Of a DNA stretch of 64,000 bases, positions 48,111 to 57,800 are shown piece by piece. The notes beneath the pieces are model-generated. The model did not search any database. It had not been told where the DNA came from and was given only the letters and a program-made list of their open reading frames with translations. The position numbers and the translations under genes were made by a program. The stretch is from a bacterium (GTDB lineage: Bacteria > Calescibacteriota > Calescibacteriia > Calescibacteriales > Calescibacteriaceae). Each line of letters starts with the position of its first letter. The first letter of the stretch is position 1. Location: positions 54,456 through 118,455 of the forward strand of contig JAUQOU010000001.1 of NCBI GenBank assembly GCA_030550715.1, in the 5' to 3' direction.

Positions 48111-48635
48111 ATGATAGCTGAAAAATACGCAAGAGCTTTGGTTATTGCAGGAAAAGAGACCCAAGAGCTAGACAAAATCTACCAAGATATGAAAATTTTT
48201 CAGGAGCTTTTTTCTTCTGAATCTGTAAAGTTTGTTATAAGTTCTCCTTCTTACTCTCGTCAGAGAAAATTGGACTTTATATCCTCAATAGTAAGAGATA
48301 AAAATTTCTCTCCAATCACAGAAAACTTTCTCAAACTCGTGATAAAAAAAAGAAGAGAAACATTTTTAGATGATATTATAAGATATTTTTTTCTTTTCTA
48401 CTATAATGAGAAGAACATAGAAAAGGTATATATTATTTCAGCTTCTCAACCAGATGATAAATGGTTAGATGAATTGAAGAAAGCTTTAGAGAACTCTCTC
48501 AAAAAAGAGGTTGAAATTGAGGTAAGAGTTGATGAAAGTTTGATAGGGGGATTTGAGATAATGGGGAATGGATGGAGAGTTTCATCATCTGTAAAGAGTT
48601 TTCTTTCTTCTATACAACAGTTGGAAACAAAATAG
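48111..48635 (+). CDS. atpH: F-type ATP synthase subunit delta (OSCP)
   Basis: The N-terminus reads IAEKYARALVIAG. The C-terminal GGFEIMGNGWRVSSSVKSFLSSI corresponds to the delta/OSCP C-terminus. No atpA/G/D genes follow. Confidence 0.65.
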   Translation: MIAEKYARALVIAGKETQELDKIYQDMKIFQELFSSESVKFVISSPSYSRQRKLDFISSIVRDKNFSPITENFLKLVIKKRRETFLDDIIRYFFLFYYNEKNIEKVYIISASQPDDKWLDELKKALENSLKKEVEIEVRVDESLIGGFEIMGNGWRVSSSVKSFLSSIQQLETK

Positions 48636-48648
48636 CGATGTTTTAAAT

Positions 48649-49056
48649 TCACCAAACCTTCGCTATTACTTCTCCGCCTACTTTTAATTTTTTGGCTTTT
48701 ACACTGCTCATTACTCCCTGAGGTGTTGAAAGAATAAGTATTCCTGTTCCTCCAAACACAGGTTTTAGCTCCTTTGCTTTTATGTAAATTCTCCTTCCCG
48801 GTTTTGATATGCGTTGAATACCTCTTATTACAGAAATTTTTGTTTTTGGTTCTGGGAAGAAGTATTTCAGGATTATTTTGAGCTTTCCACTCTTTCCTTC
48901 TGGGATTATTTCATAATCTTTTATAAATCCCTCTTCTTTGAGAACTGATGCAATTTGAATTTTTAACCTTGATGCTGGCACAACTATTTCATCTTTTTTT
49001 ACCGCCAATGCGTTCCTTATTCTTGTCAGCATGTCTGCTATGGGATCGGTTATCAT
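48649..49056 (-). CDS. rpsH: 30S ribosomal protein S8
   Basis: MITDPIADMLTRIRNA is the canonical S8 N-terminus. Confidence 0.9.
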   Translation of the reverse strand: MITDPIADMLTRIRNALAVKKDEIVVPASRLKIQIASVLKEEGFIKDYEIIPEGKSGKLKIILKYFFPEPKTKISVIRGIQRISKPGRRIYIKAKELKPVFGGTGILILSTPQGVMSSVKAKKLKVGGEVIAKVW

Positions 49057-49077
49057 ACTGCTTAATTCACCTCCTTT

Positions 49078-49263
49078 CTACCAAGAAGCTTTTCTTACTC
49101 CGGGTATATCTCCCCTCAGAGCCAGTTCTCTGAAACACATTCGGCAGAGTTGAAAGAACCTTATAAAGCCCCTTGGTCTTCCGCACTTCAAACATCTGTT
49201 TCTTTTTCTTACCTTGAACTTTGGTGTCTTGAATATCTTCTGTTTATCTGCTGCTGTTGGCAT
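49078..49263 (-). CDS. rpsN: 30S ribosomal protein S14 type Z (zinc-binding)
   Basis: 61 aa with CLKCGR...[22 protein letters not shown]. No rplE or rplF flank it. Confidence 0.9.
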   Translation of the reverse strand: MPTAADKQKIFKTPKFKVRKRNRCLKCGRPRGFIRFFQLCRMCFRELALRGDIPGVRKASW

Positions 49264-49334
49264 AATATATGCTTTTTTAATTTACAATTCTCTCGATTTC
49301 TTTTTTTCAATTTTTTTATTTTTAAATTTTAGTT

Positions 49335-50174
49335 ATGCCAACAGAAAAGGTAAATGTGGGAAAGTTCAATATCTCGGTAAGGATAGAAGGAGAAGGCAAG
49401 AAAGGAGATATAATGCTTATTCACTGTCTTGGACTTTCAAACAGGGTTTTTGATTACCAAGCTAAATTTTTGGCTGAGCTTGGGTGGAGAGTTTTCCTTC
49501 CAGATGTGAGATGCCATGGTGAATCAGATAAACCGGAAGACGAATGCAATATATATGACCTGACGCAAGATATAGAGATCGTAATAAAAAAAATAGGTAT
49601 AAAGAAGCTTTACGCACTCGGTGGTATATCTATGGGGGGAATGATATCTATGCGTCTTGTTTTAAGGAATCCTAACCTAACAGATAAACTCATACTTATG
49701 GGAACATCTGCTGATGAAGACCCAGGAAAAGAAAGATTTATGCCTATGATTCTCAACCTCCTTCAGACCGTGAAAAACGAAAAAGATCCCGAAGTCCTGA
49801 GAGAAAATTTCAAAAATGCTGCCGAATATGTTGTTCGTCTATGCTTTTCTCCTCAATACCTTGAAAAAGATAATAACTTTGATTTCTGGGTTTCAGAAGC
49901 TCTTAAATCGCAGGGATTAGGTGCTATATATGTTTCAAAAGCAGTTATTGAAAGAGATAGCATAATAGATAAAATTTCTTCTATAAATGTTCCGACCCTT
50001 ATTATGGCTGGAGCTAATGATATGGCTGTTCCCGTAAGAGAATCTGAAAAGATTGCTCAGAGGATTAAAAAAAGTAAGCTCATCATTTTTGACTCCGCTC
50101 CTCACATTTTTACGCCTGAAATTCCAGATAAGGTGAATGCCGAGATGGAAAGGTTTCTCTCCTCAAAAGATTAG
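49335..50174 (+). CDS. Alpha/beta-fold hydrolase
   Basis: Nucleophile elbow GGISMGG. An HGESD-type loop follows strand 3. The length is typical of the fold. Confidence 0.7.
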   Translation: MPTEKVNVGKFNISVRIEGEGKKGDIMLIHCLGLSNRVFDYQAKFLAELGWRVFLPDVRCHGESDKPEDECNIYDLTQDIEIVIKKIGIKKLYALGGISMGGMISMRLVLRNPNLTDKLILMGTSADEDPGKERFMPMILNLLQTVKNEKDPEVLRENFKNAAEYVVRLCFSPQYLEKDNNFDFWVSEALKSQGLGAIYVSKAVIERDSIIDKISSINVPTLIMAGANDMAVPVRESEKIAQRIKKSKLIIFDSAPHIFTPEIPDKVNAEMERFLSSKD

Positions 50175-50201
50175 AGAATCAGAAAATCGTGAAAAACAGA
50201 T

Positions 50202-50960
50202 TTGAAATCTTTATCAATCTTTCAGATGTATAATACAAATTTTCCTCAAGGGAAGGATACGGTTCGTTATATCCAGAACATTCTCAAATCAAGGAAAGAT
50301 ATTCGCTATCTTTTCAACTCTATTGCTGACTTTTATGAGACGGTCAACAAGATTTTATCTTTGGGACTTGATGGAAGATGGAGAGATAAAGTTTCAAGTT
50401 TTGCTGAAGGTGTTACACTTGATATAGCATGTGGAACGGGAGAAATGACTTATAGAATAAGCTGCAATTCAAAGGTCAATTATGTTATAGGATTAGATGT
50501 AAGCGATAAAATGATAAGATGGGGATTAAAAAACAAAAATTTTTGCTCAAGGTTTAATTTTGTAGTTGGAGCCGGAGAGTTTTTGCCGTTTAAAGATAAC
50601 ACATTTGACTCAGTTTCTGTTGCGTTTGGAATAAGAAATTTTGAAGATAGAGCATCTGCTCTGCAAGAGATAAAAAGAGTTCTGAAAAATAATGGGTATT
50701 TCCTTATTCTTGATACTTTCAGACCAAAAAGTAAAACTTTGACTATATTATATAAGGTTTACCTTTATGCTATACCTCACATCACAAAGTTTCTTGTCGG
50801 AAGGTTTGAAGAATACCTCTATATGTCCAAAAGTATTTTGAATTATATGACAACTGATGAATTTGCTGAATTTCTATCAAAAAATGACTTTTTTATTGAG
50901 AAAATTTCTGATATGACTTTTGGCATCGTTTCTTTTGTGTTAGCAAGGAACAGAAAATAA
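50202..50960 (+). CDS. ubiE: UbiE/MenG-family C-methyltransferase (demethylmenaquinone/ubiquinone methyltransferase)
   Basis: The UbiE-type N-terminus reads YLFNSIADFYETVNKILSLGLDGRWRDK. SAM motif I is LDIACGTGEMT. Confidence 0.7.
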   Translation: MKSLSIFQMYNTNFPQGKDTVRYIQNILKSRKDIRYLFNSIADFYETVNKILSLGLDGRWRDKVSSFAEGVTLDIACGTGEMTYRISCNSKVNYVIGLDVSDKMIRWGLKNKNFCSRFNFVVGAGEFLPFKDNTFDSVSVAFGIRNFEDRASALQEIKRVLKNNGYFLILDTFRPKSKTLTILYKVYLYAIPHITKFLVGRFEEYLYMSKSILNYMTTDEFAEFLSKNDFFIEKISDMTFGIVSFVLARNRK

Positions 50961-50978
50961 ATTTACTCCTTTTTATGT

Positions 50979-52112
50979 CTATGCATATTGTGAGTGGAAA
51001 ATCCGCTTTACAAATTCCTTACCTCTTGAAAGTTCAAGCATTCTTATAAGTGGTACTCTTGCTCTCTCTATTATATCCTCAGGCACTTCAATTTTGTACT
51101 TCATTTCCTTTAAGGATTGAAGGACATCTTGAATTCTTATTGATTTCATGTTCACGCAAGTTTTAGGACTTCCAACAGATAAAATAATCTTATCAGGGTT
51201 TTCTCTTCTTATTCTTTCCACAAGTCCTTCTTCTGTTGCTATAGCGATTTTTTTGTGCTTTGTTTCTCTTGCAAACCTCACCATACCACCTGTTGAGAAA
51301 ACCTCATCTGCTAGGTCTATCACCTCTGGTGAGCACTCCGGATGTACCACTATTACCGCATCTGGGTGATTTTCTCTTACTTTCTTTATATCTTCTGGTC
51401 TAAATCTGTGATGGACATTACACCATCCATCCCACGTTATTATTTTTTGGTCTGTAAATCTCTGAACATAAAGCCCTAAGTTCCTATCTGGTATGAAAAG
51501 AACTTCTTTTGAGTTTACAGATTTGACTATTTGGACTGCGTTAGCAGAAGTACAACATATATCACTTTCTGCTTTCACTGCTGCGTCTGTGTTTATATAG
51601 CAAACAACTGGTCTGCCGGGATACTTTTCTTTAAATTTTCTCAAAGCAGATATGTTTATCATATCTGCCATAAAGCATCCTGCTTCAAGACGGGGAAGAA
51701 GAACTGTTTTTTCAGGAGATACGACCTTAACTCCCTCTGCCATAAAATGAACTCCGCAAAATACGATAAGGTTTTGGGGACTTTCAGCAGCTTTTATAGC
51801 GAGTTCAAGAGAATCTCCAACAAAATCTGCTATCTCCTGAATTTCGGTTAGCATATAGTTGTGAGCTAATATCAGAGCTTCGTTCTCTTTTTTGAGTTTG
51901 ATTATCTCTTGTTGGATTTCTTTTATATCAATATTTTTCTCCTCTTTGTGTTTCAGGAAAAGGTTAGATAGGTTTTTCCACTTTTCTGCATATCCTTTGC
52001 TTTTGAAAATCTCCCTTGCGTACTGAACCTGCTCTTCTGTGAGAAGCGGCTTGATTTTTTCGTTGTCTTTGATTTCCTTTGCTTCCTCTTTCCCTTTTGC
52101 TTCTTCTCCCAT
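50979..52112 (-). CDS. nadA: Quinolinate synthase with about 70-aa N-terminal extension
   Basis: Triplicated NadA fold. Motifs LAHNYM, CGVHFMAE, INTDAAVKAESDICCTSANA and VVHPEC are present. Confidence 0.85.
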   Translation of the reverse strand: MGEEAKGKEEAKEIKDNEKIKPLLTEEQVQYAREIFKSKGYAEKWKNLSNLFLKHKEEKNIDIKEIQQEIIKLKKENEALILAHNYMLTEIQEIADFVGDSLELAIKAAESPQNLIVFCGVHFMAEGVKVVSPEKTVLLPRLEAGCFMADMINISALRKFKEKYPGRPVVCYINTDAAVKAESDICCTSANAVQIVKSVNSKEVLFIPDRNLGLYVQRFTDQKIITWDGWCNVHHRFRPEDIKKVRENHPDAVIVVHPECSPEVIDLADEVFSTGGMVRFARETKHKKIAIATEEGLVERIRRENPDKIILSVGSPKTCVNMKSIRIQDVLQSLKEMKYKIEVPEDIIERARVPLIRMLELSRGKEFVKRIFHSQYA

Positions 52113-52210
52113 ATTCTTATTATATTAATCACATTCTTTTTTCTGCTTATAAATTCCTGCTTTGATTGTCTTTCAAGTATTTTTATTTTGGAATTTCTGA
52201 AAGTATGTGC

Positions 52211-52894
52211 TTAAATAAATAACGAAGAGACATCAATTTCTCTTCCTATTATAAGTTCTATGTTTTTTTCTTGGGCTTTTTCACGGAGAAATTCAATCAC
52301 TTCTTTTGTTGCAAACTCCACAGAGAAAAACTTCATAAATATCTTCTTCCCTGTTAATTTCTCTGCTGATCTCGCTGCTAACTCAAGCTTCTCTATCTTC
52401 TTCTCCGCTTCTTCAATGCTTCTCAAACTCAAACTTGTTTCAGCAACAATCAACGGATCATCGCAAAAAACATCAACTTCTTTGTAGCCATCAACGGGTA
52501 AATTCACATGAGTTCTTATATCTGCATCTATTCCTTTTTGTTTGAGTATATATTTTATAACAAATGCGGTGTAGAACTCAAAACCAACACCTACTGCGTA
52601 CTTTAACTCTTGAAGGGCGACCATAAGCCATCTGATAACTCTCTGATTTTCTTCCCATTTTTTATTGTTCTCCTCCCATCTCCTATTATTCTCTTCACAT
52701 CTTTTATTGTTTTCTTCCCATCTTCTGTTATTCTCTTCCCACCTTTTTTCGTTTTCCTTCCATCTTTCTTCTGATAGTTTTACGAACTCGTTGAAATCTT
52801 TCCTCAACTGTCTTATTTCATCAATTATCTCCTTATATCCTAAAAGACCCATAACCTCATATCTGAATTCCTCATCTTTTTTGAGTAGTTCCAA
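52211..52894 (-). CDS. Coiled-coil protein with tandem heptad repeats (WEENN[KR][KR] x about 6) and a C-terminal alpha/beta domain
   Basis: EERWKENEKRWEENNRRWEENNKRCEENNRRWEENNKKWEEN is followed by about 130 aa of globular domain (VDGYKEVDVFCDDPLIVAETS). I cannot assign a family with confidence. Confidence 0.45.
   Translation of the reverse strand: MELLKKDEEFRYEVMGLLGYKEIIDEIRQLRKDFNEFVKLSEERWKENEKRWEENNRRWEENNKRCEENNRRWEENNKKWEENQRVIRWLMVALQELKYAVGVGFEFYTAFVIKYILKQKGIDADIRTHVNLPVDGYKEVDVFCDDPLIVAETSLSLRSIEEAEKKIEKLELAARSAEKLTGKKIFMKFFSVEFATKEVIEFLREKAQEKNIELIIGREIDVSSLFI
52647..52772. repeat. Six imperfect tandem copies of a 21-bp unit encoding the heptad repeats of the coiled-coil protein
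   Basis: On the + strand the units read TTTTCTTCCCATTTTTTATTG / TTCTCCTCCCATCTCCTATTA / TTCTCTTCACATCTTTTATTG / TTTTCTTCCCATCTTCTGTTA / TTCTCTTCCCACCTTTTTTCG / TTTTCCTTCCATCTTTCTTCT. Confidence 0.7.
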
Positions 52895-52994
52895 GAAGCT
52901 TTTTTGAGGTTCTCTCTATGGTTTTTTGAGTTTTTCTTCATTTTATTTTAAAAATATTAGTTTTGAGAATTTAGATTTTGTGTTTTTGATGGAA

Positions 52995-53750
52995 TTATAT
53001 TCCGATTTTGAGTATTATTTCGTCTGCAAGGTTTTCAAAATCTCTTTTAGCTATTGAATCTTGTTCGAGGTCGAATACTGATGCTGAGTAGCTCTGAGCT
53101 CTATCTATTTGTGGGTCTTTTCGTATAACGGTTTTAGAGACAAGTTTTCCGAGTTTAGATTTTAATTTTTCAAGTAATTCTTTTGACTGTGGTGTTTCTT
53201 CATACATATTCGGAACGAAAGCGATTATTGCAGGGGAGTATTTGAACACTTTTTTTGTCTGTGAGATTATTTTCAGGGTTGAAGCTGCTCCTACTAATCC
53301 TAAATAAGAGAGTAAGACAGGAATTATGACTCCTTCTGATGCGAGAAGTATGTTTATCGTGATAAGTTCAAGAGATGGTGGAGAATCAATGATTATAATA
53401 TCAAAGTCGTTTTTTATTTTTTGTATTGCGTTCCTCAACTTTATGTGTCTTTGGGGGTCCTTTGCTACGGTTATTGTGAAGTCAGCAAGAGACCAGTCAG
53501 AAGGAATAATAAAAAGGTTTTCTATTCTTGTTTTTGAGATGAAATCGTAGGGGTTTTTATCTTTTGTGAGCAATTCAAGAACTCTTCCAGATTTTTTCTC
53601 CGAGCCGAGAACTTTATGAACATGTCCTTGTGGGTCCATATCTACAATAAGCACTTTGTACTCTTTTTTCGCCAGGTATAGGCTTAAATTCGTTGCTATT
53701 GTTGTTTTACCTACTCCTCCTTTTTCAGAAAATATCGCAATAACTTTCAT
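52995..53750 (-). CDS. ParA/Soj/MinD-family P-loop ATPase (orphan; no adjacent parB)
   Basis: The deviant Walker A reads SEKGGVGKTT. IIDSPPSL and other ParA motifs are present. Confidence 0.85.
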   Translation of the reverse strand: MKVIAIFSEKGGVGKTTIATNLSLYLAKKEYKVLIVDMDPQGHVHKVLGSEKKSGRVLELLTKDKNPYDFISKTRIENLFIIPSDWSLADFTITVAKDPQRHIKLRNAIQKIKNDFDIIIIDSPPSLELITINILLASEGVIIPVLLSYLGLVGAASTLKIISQTKKVFKYSPAIIAFVPNMYEETPQSKELLEKLKSKLGKLVSKTVIRKDPQIDRAQSYSASVFDLEQDSIAKRDFENLADEIILKIGI

Positions 53751-53937
53751 GGTGATTTATTTCATTTCTCCCAGCTTTTATTTTTATCTTTTTAAATCCT
53801 TTTTATCTTAAATTAGTTTATCGCAATAGCATATAGAATTTTTGATTAAGATTTATTTGTTAGAGTTTTTTAGTTTTTTGGAAAAAATTTTTCAGAGATT
53901 TTTGTAATTAAAATTTGTTTTCAAGGAGGGGTAAGGT

Positions 53938-54774
53938 GTGAAAACTAACGGCAAGAAGAAGATAGAGCTTACAGATGAGATGATAATAAGGTATTCAAGG
54001 CAGATAATTTTGGATGAGGTTGGAGGTGAAGGGCAGAAAAAACTCCTCTCTGCAAGCGTTTTCATCGCAGGAACAGGAGGACTTGGTGTTCCTGCTGCAA
54101 TGTATCTTGTAGCAGCTGGGGTCGGAAGGGTTGCTATTGCTGACTTTGATAAAGTAGACCTCTCTAATCTGCAAAGACAGGTCTTATACTATACAGAAGA
54201 TGTTGGGAAACCAAAGGTAGAGGTTGCTGCTGAAAAACTCAGAAAATTAAATCCCGATGTAGAAGTTGTGCCAATAAATGAAAAAATAAACGCTTCAAAT
54301 GTTATGGACCTTATCAAAGATTACGATATTGTGCTTGATGGCTCAGATAATTTTTCTGCAAGATATGTTATATCTGATTCTTGTGTTATTTTGAAAAAGC
54401 CATATGTTTACGGAAGCGTTCTGAGGTTTGAAGGACAGGTTTCAACATTTATTTCAACCGAAGGTCCTTGCTACCGCTGTCTGTATCCTTCTCCACCTCC
54501 TCCGGGTATGATGCCTTCATGTCAAGAAGCAGGGGTTTTAGGAGTTGTTCCGGGGATAATAGGACTTATTCAGGCAAATGAGGTTTTAAAACTTATACTT
54601 GGGAAGGGAAATCCGCTTATCGGTAAACTTCTTGTGTTTGATGCATTGAATACGGAATTTTCTATATACTCGGTGAGAAAAAGAAGAGATTGCCCCGTGT
54701 GCGGAGAGAATCCAACAATAACTACGCCAGAAGATATTGAGGAGTGGTGTAGTGTTAATAACCTTGCTATGTGA
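53938..54774 (+). CDS. ThiF/MoeB-family E1-like adenylyltransferase (no rhodanese domain)
   Basis: RYSRQIIL...IAGTGGLGVPAAMYL is the Gly-rich ATP loop. Zinc motifs CYRC...CPVCGE are present. GTG start preceded by AAGGAGGGG. Confidence 0.85.
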   Translation: MKTNGKKKIELTDEMIIRYSRQIILDEVGGEGQKKLLSASVFIAGTGGLGVPAAMYLVAAGVGRVAIADFDKVDLSNLQRQVLYYTEDVGKPKVEVAAEKLRKLNPDVEVVPINEKINASNVMDLIKDYDIVLDGSDNFSARYVISDSCVILKKPYVYGSVLRFEGQVSTFISTEGPCYRCLYPSPPPPGMMPSCQEAGVLGVVPGIIGLIQANEVLKLILGKGNPLIGKLLVFDALNTEFSIYSVRKRRDCPVCGENPTITTPEDIEEWCSVNNLAM

Positions 54775-54858
54775 AAATTTTCTGTTAAAATTTTTTCTTG
54801 TTTTTCCACCTAATAAATCTTTTAAATTTCTTTGAAGTGTTAAAAATACAAGGAGGGG

Positions 54859-57800
54859 TTGTTTCTGATGTATGAAATTGAAGAAACAGAGTACTTTGAA
54901 AGAATAAAAAGAGAATCAAACGAAAAGAAGAGGTTAGCTCTCAATCTTTTTAGGTCTTCATGTGGAGTTGGCTTTGTAGCAGATATAAAAGGAGTAAGAT
55001 CAAGAGAGGTAGTTGAAATAGGAATAAGGTCTGTAAAAAACCTTGTCCACAGAGGTGCTGTATCTTCTGATGGAAAAACAGGTGACGGAGCCGGGATACT
55101 CACTCAAATTCCTCTCAAAATAGTCAAGAAGGAACTTGAGAAAAGGGGTTTTAAAGATATTGATCCCGAGAAAGTTGCGGTTGGTGTCTTCTTCCTCCCA
55201 AAAGATGAAGAGAAAAAGAATTTTATCATTGAGCTCTCAGAGAGCTTTGCTAAGGAGCTCGGATTCAAACCCCTGTTCTGGAGAGATGTGCCGTGCGATG
55301 ATTCAGCTCTTGGTCAAATAGCTCTTGAATCTAAACCAGATATAAAGCACCTTTTTTTGGAGTATGACGGGAAAGATTGGAAAAAGGAAGAAAGAAAACT
55401 TTATCTTCTTAGGAAATTCATAGAGAAAAAATCAAGCGAGAGAAAAATAGATCTATATATTCCATCTATATCTGCTAAAAAAATCGTTTATAAGGGGCTT
55501 TTTGTTGCTACTCAAATAGATAATTTCTATCTTGACCTAAAAGATAAAGATTATGAGTCAGCAATATGTATTTTTCATCAAAGGTACAGCACAAATACTC
55601 ATCCTCACTGGTTTATAGCTCATCCTTTCAGGTTCCTTGCTCATAATGGTGAGATAAACACTTTGCTTGGCAATATAAACTGGACTTATGCAAGAGAGAA
55701 ATCTATCAGACCAAATTCTGTTTGGTCAAAGGATGAGTTGGAGATAATAAAACCAATAATATGGCGAGGTGGAAGCGATTCATCTATGATGGATAATGTT
55801 TTGGAGTTTCTCTACTTCTCTGGTAAAGAGCTTCCAGAAGCTATGAGCATTATGGTTCCAGAACCATATGAGGTCGTTCTTGATATGCCAGAAGATATAA
55901 GGTCTTTTTTTGAGTTCTACGATTTATTTTTTGAGCCGTGGGATGGTCCAGCTGCTATTGCCTTTTCAGATGGAATTGGAGTAGGAGCTTGTCTTGATAG
56001 AAACGGTCTCAGACCTGCAAGATTTATAATAACAAAAGACGATAAAATTATACTCTCATCGGAACTCGGGGCTTCTGAAATAAAACCTGAAAGAATAAAG
56101 TATATAGATAGACTTGGGCCAGGAAAGATGATCTTTTTAGACACTCACGAGGGTAAGCTGTATTTTAACGATGAGATAAAAAGAGAGATCGCGAAAAAGA
56201 ATCCTTACTCTGCATGGGTGCAGAAAGTTAAAAAACTATCTGTGAAAATAGAAAAAGATAATTTTGCATCATTAGACGAAAACGAACTTTTAAGAAAACA
56301 AAAGGTCTTCGGCTATACAGAGGAGGATATTGAAAGGTTCATAAAAGAGATGGCAATTTATGGTAAGGAAGCTACATATTCTATGGGAGACGATATACCC
56401 CTTGCGTTTATGTCAGCTTTTCCAAGAAACCTCTTTTCTTACTTTAAACAGAGATTTGCTCAGGTCACAAATCCCCCAATAGACCCTTACAGAGAAAGTA
56501 TAGTTATGTCTATATCTGTGACAATAGGAGAAAGGGAATATGATATTTCTCAGAGCAGAAATTACGAGGAACTTATTCGTCTTGATACTCCCATAATAAC
56601 CGACGAGATATTAGAAAAACTCAAATCCTATCTGCCATACAAAGTGTTTGATACAACTTTTTATGTGAATGATAAAACATCTTTGAGGAAAAGGTTATTT
56701 GAAATAGTTAAAGATGTAGTTGAGTCGGTCAGAGATGAAGGAATTAAACTTATTATACTTTCAGATAGGGAAGCCGGTAAAGATGGCAAGGCGGTTATTC
56801 CCTCTTTGCTCGTTGTAGGAGCGGTTCATCAGGAGCTTATCAGAAATGGGCTCAGGTTGAGGGCATCAATAATCGCCGATACCGGTGAGCCAAGAGAAGA
56901 GCATCACTTCGCATGTCTTTTGGGATATGGAGCTGACGCTATTTTGCCATACCTCGCCTTCGCTACCGCATATTTCCTGAAAGAAGAACACAGAGGAAAA
57001 GAGTTAGATGCCTCCGATAGACTCAAATTCGTAAAAAATTATAAATCCGCTGTTGAAAAAGGAATAAAAAAGATAATGTCTAAGATGGGAATTTCTGTCC
57101 TGTCAAGCTACAGAGGTTCGCAGATATTTGAGGTTTTCGGGATAAAAGATGAAGTTGTTGATTTTTGTTTTACAGGAACTCCTAACTGGTTTGGGCAATT
57201 CGGGGTGGGATACGAGGAAATCGCTCAGGACTATATAGAGTTTTTTAAGTGGTCGCAAGATAATTCCCCAAGGCTTCCAAATCTCGGGTTTTTCAAATTC
57301 ATAAGAGATAAAGAGTATCATGAGAAAAACCCTTATGTTTTCAGACCACTTCACAAATTTACAGAGACAGGAAAAAAAGAGTTTTATCTTGAATTCACAA
57401 AAGCTGTTCAGACAAGATACCCTACCAAGATAAGAGACCTTATTGATATAAAACCTCTCGGTCAGCCGGTTCCTATTGATGAAGTTGAGCCGGTGGAAAA
57501 AATCATAAAAAGGTTCTATGTTTCTTCAATGTCTTTCGGAGCTCTCTCACCAGAAGCTCACGAGACGCTCGCGATAGGTGTTAATAGAATTGGAGCTAAT
57601 ATGGGAAGCGGGGAAGGGGGAGAAGACCCGAGAAGGTTTGAACCATATGAAAATGGCGACTGGGCAAATACTACTATGAAGCAAATCGCGTCTGGCAGGT
57701 TCGGGGTGACAACTGAGTACGCTGTAAATTGCAGAGAACTTGAAATTAAAATAGCGCAGGGAGCAAAACCAGGAGAAGGGGGACAACTCCCCGGAATAAA

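Noticed and set aside
52211-52894. Calling the coiled-coil protein a PD-(D/E)xK nuclease
   Set aside because: The D...E-x-D segment lacks the lysine of the (D/E)xK strand, so the evidence is insufficient without profile searches.
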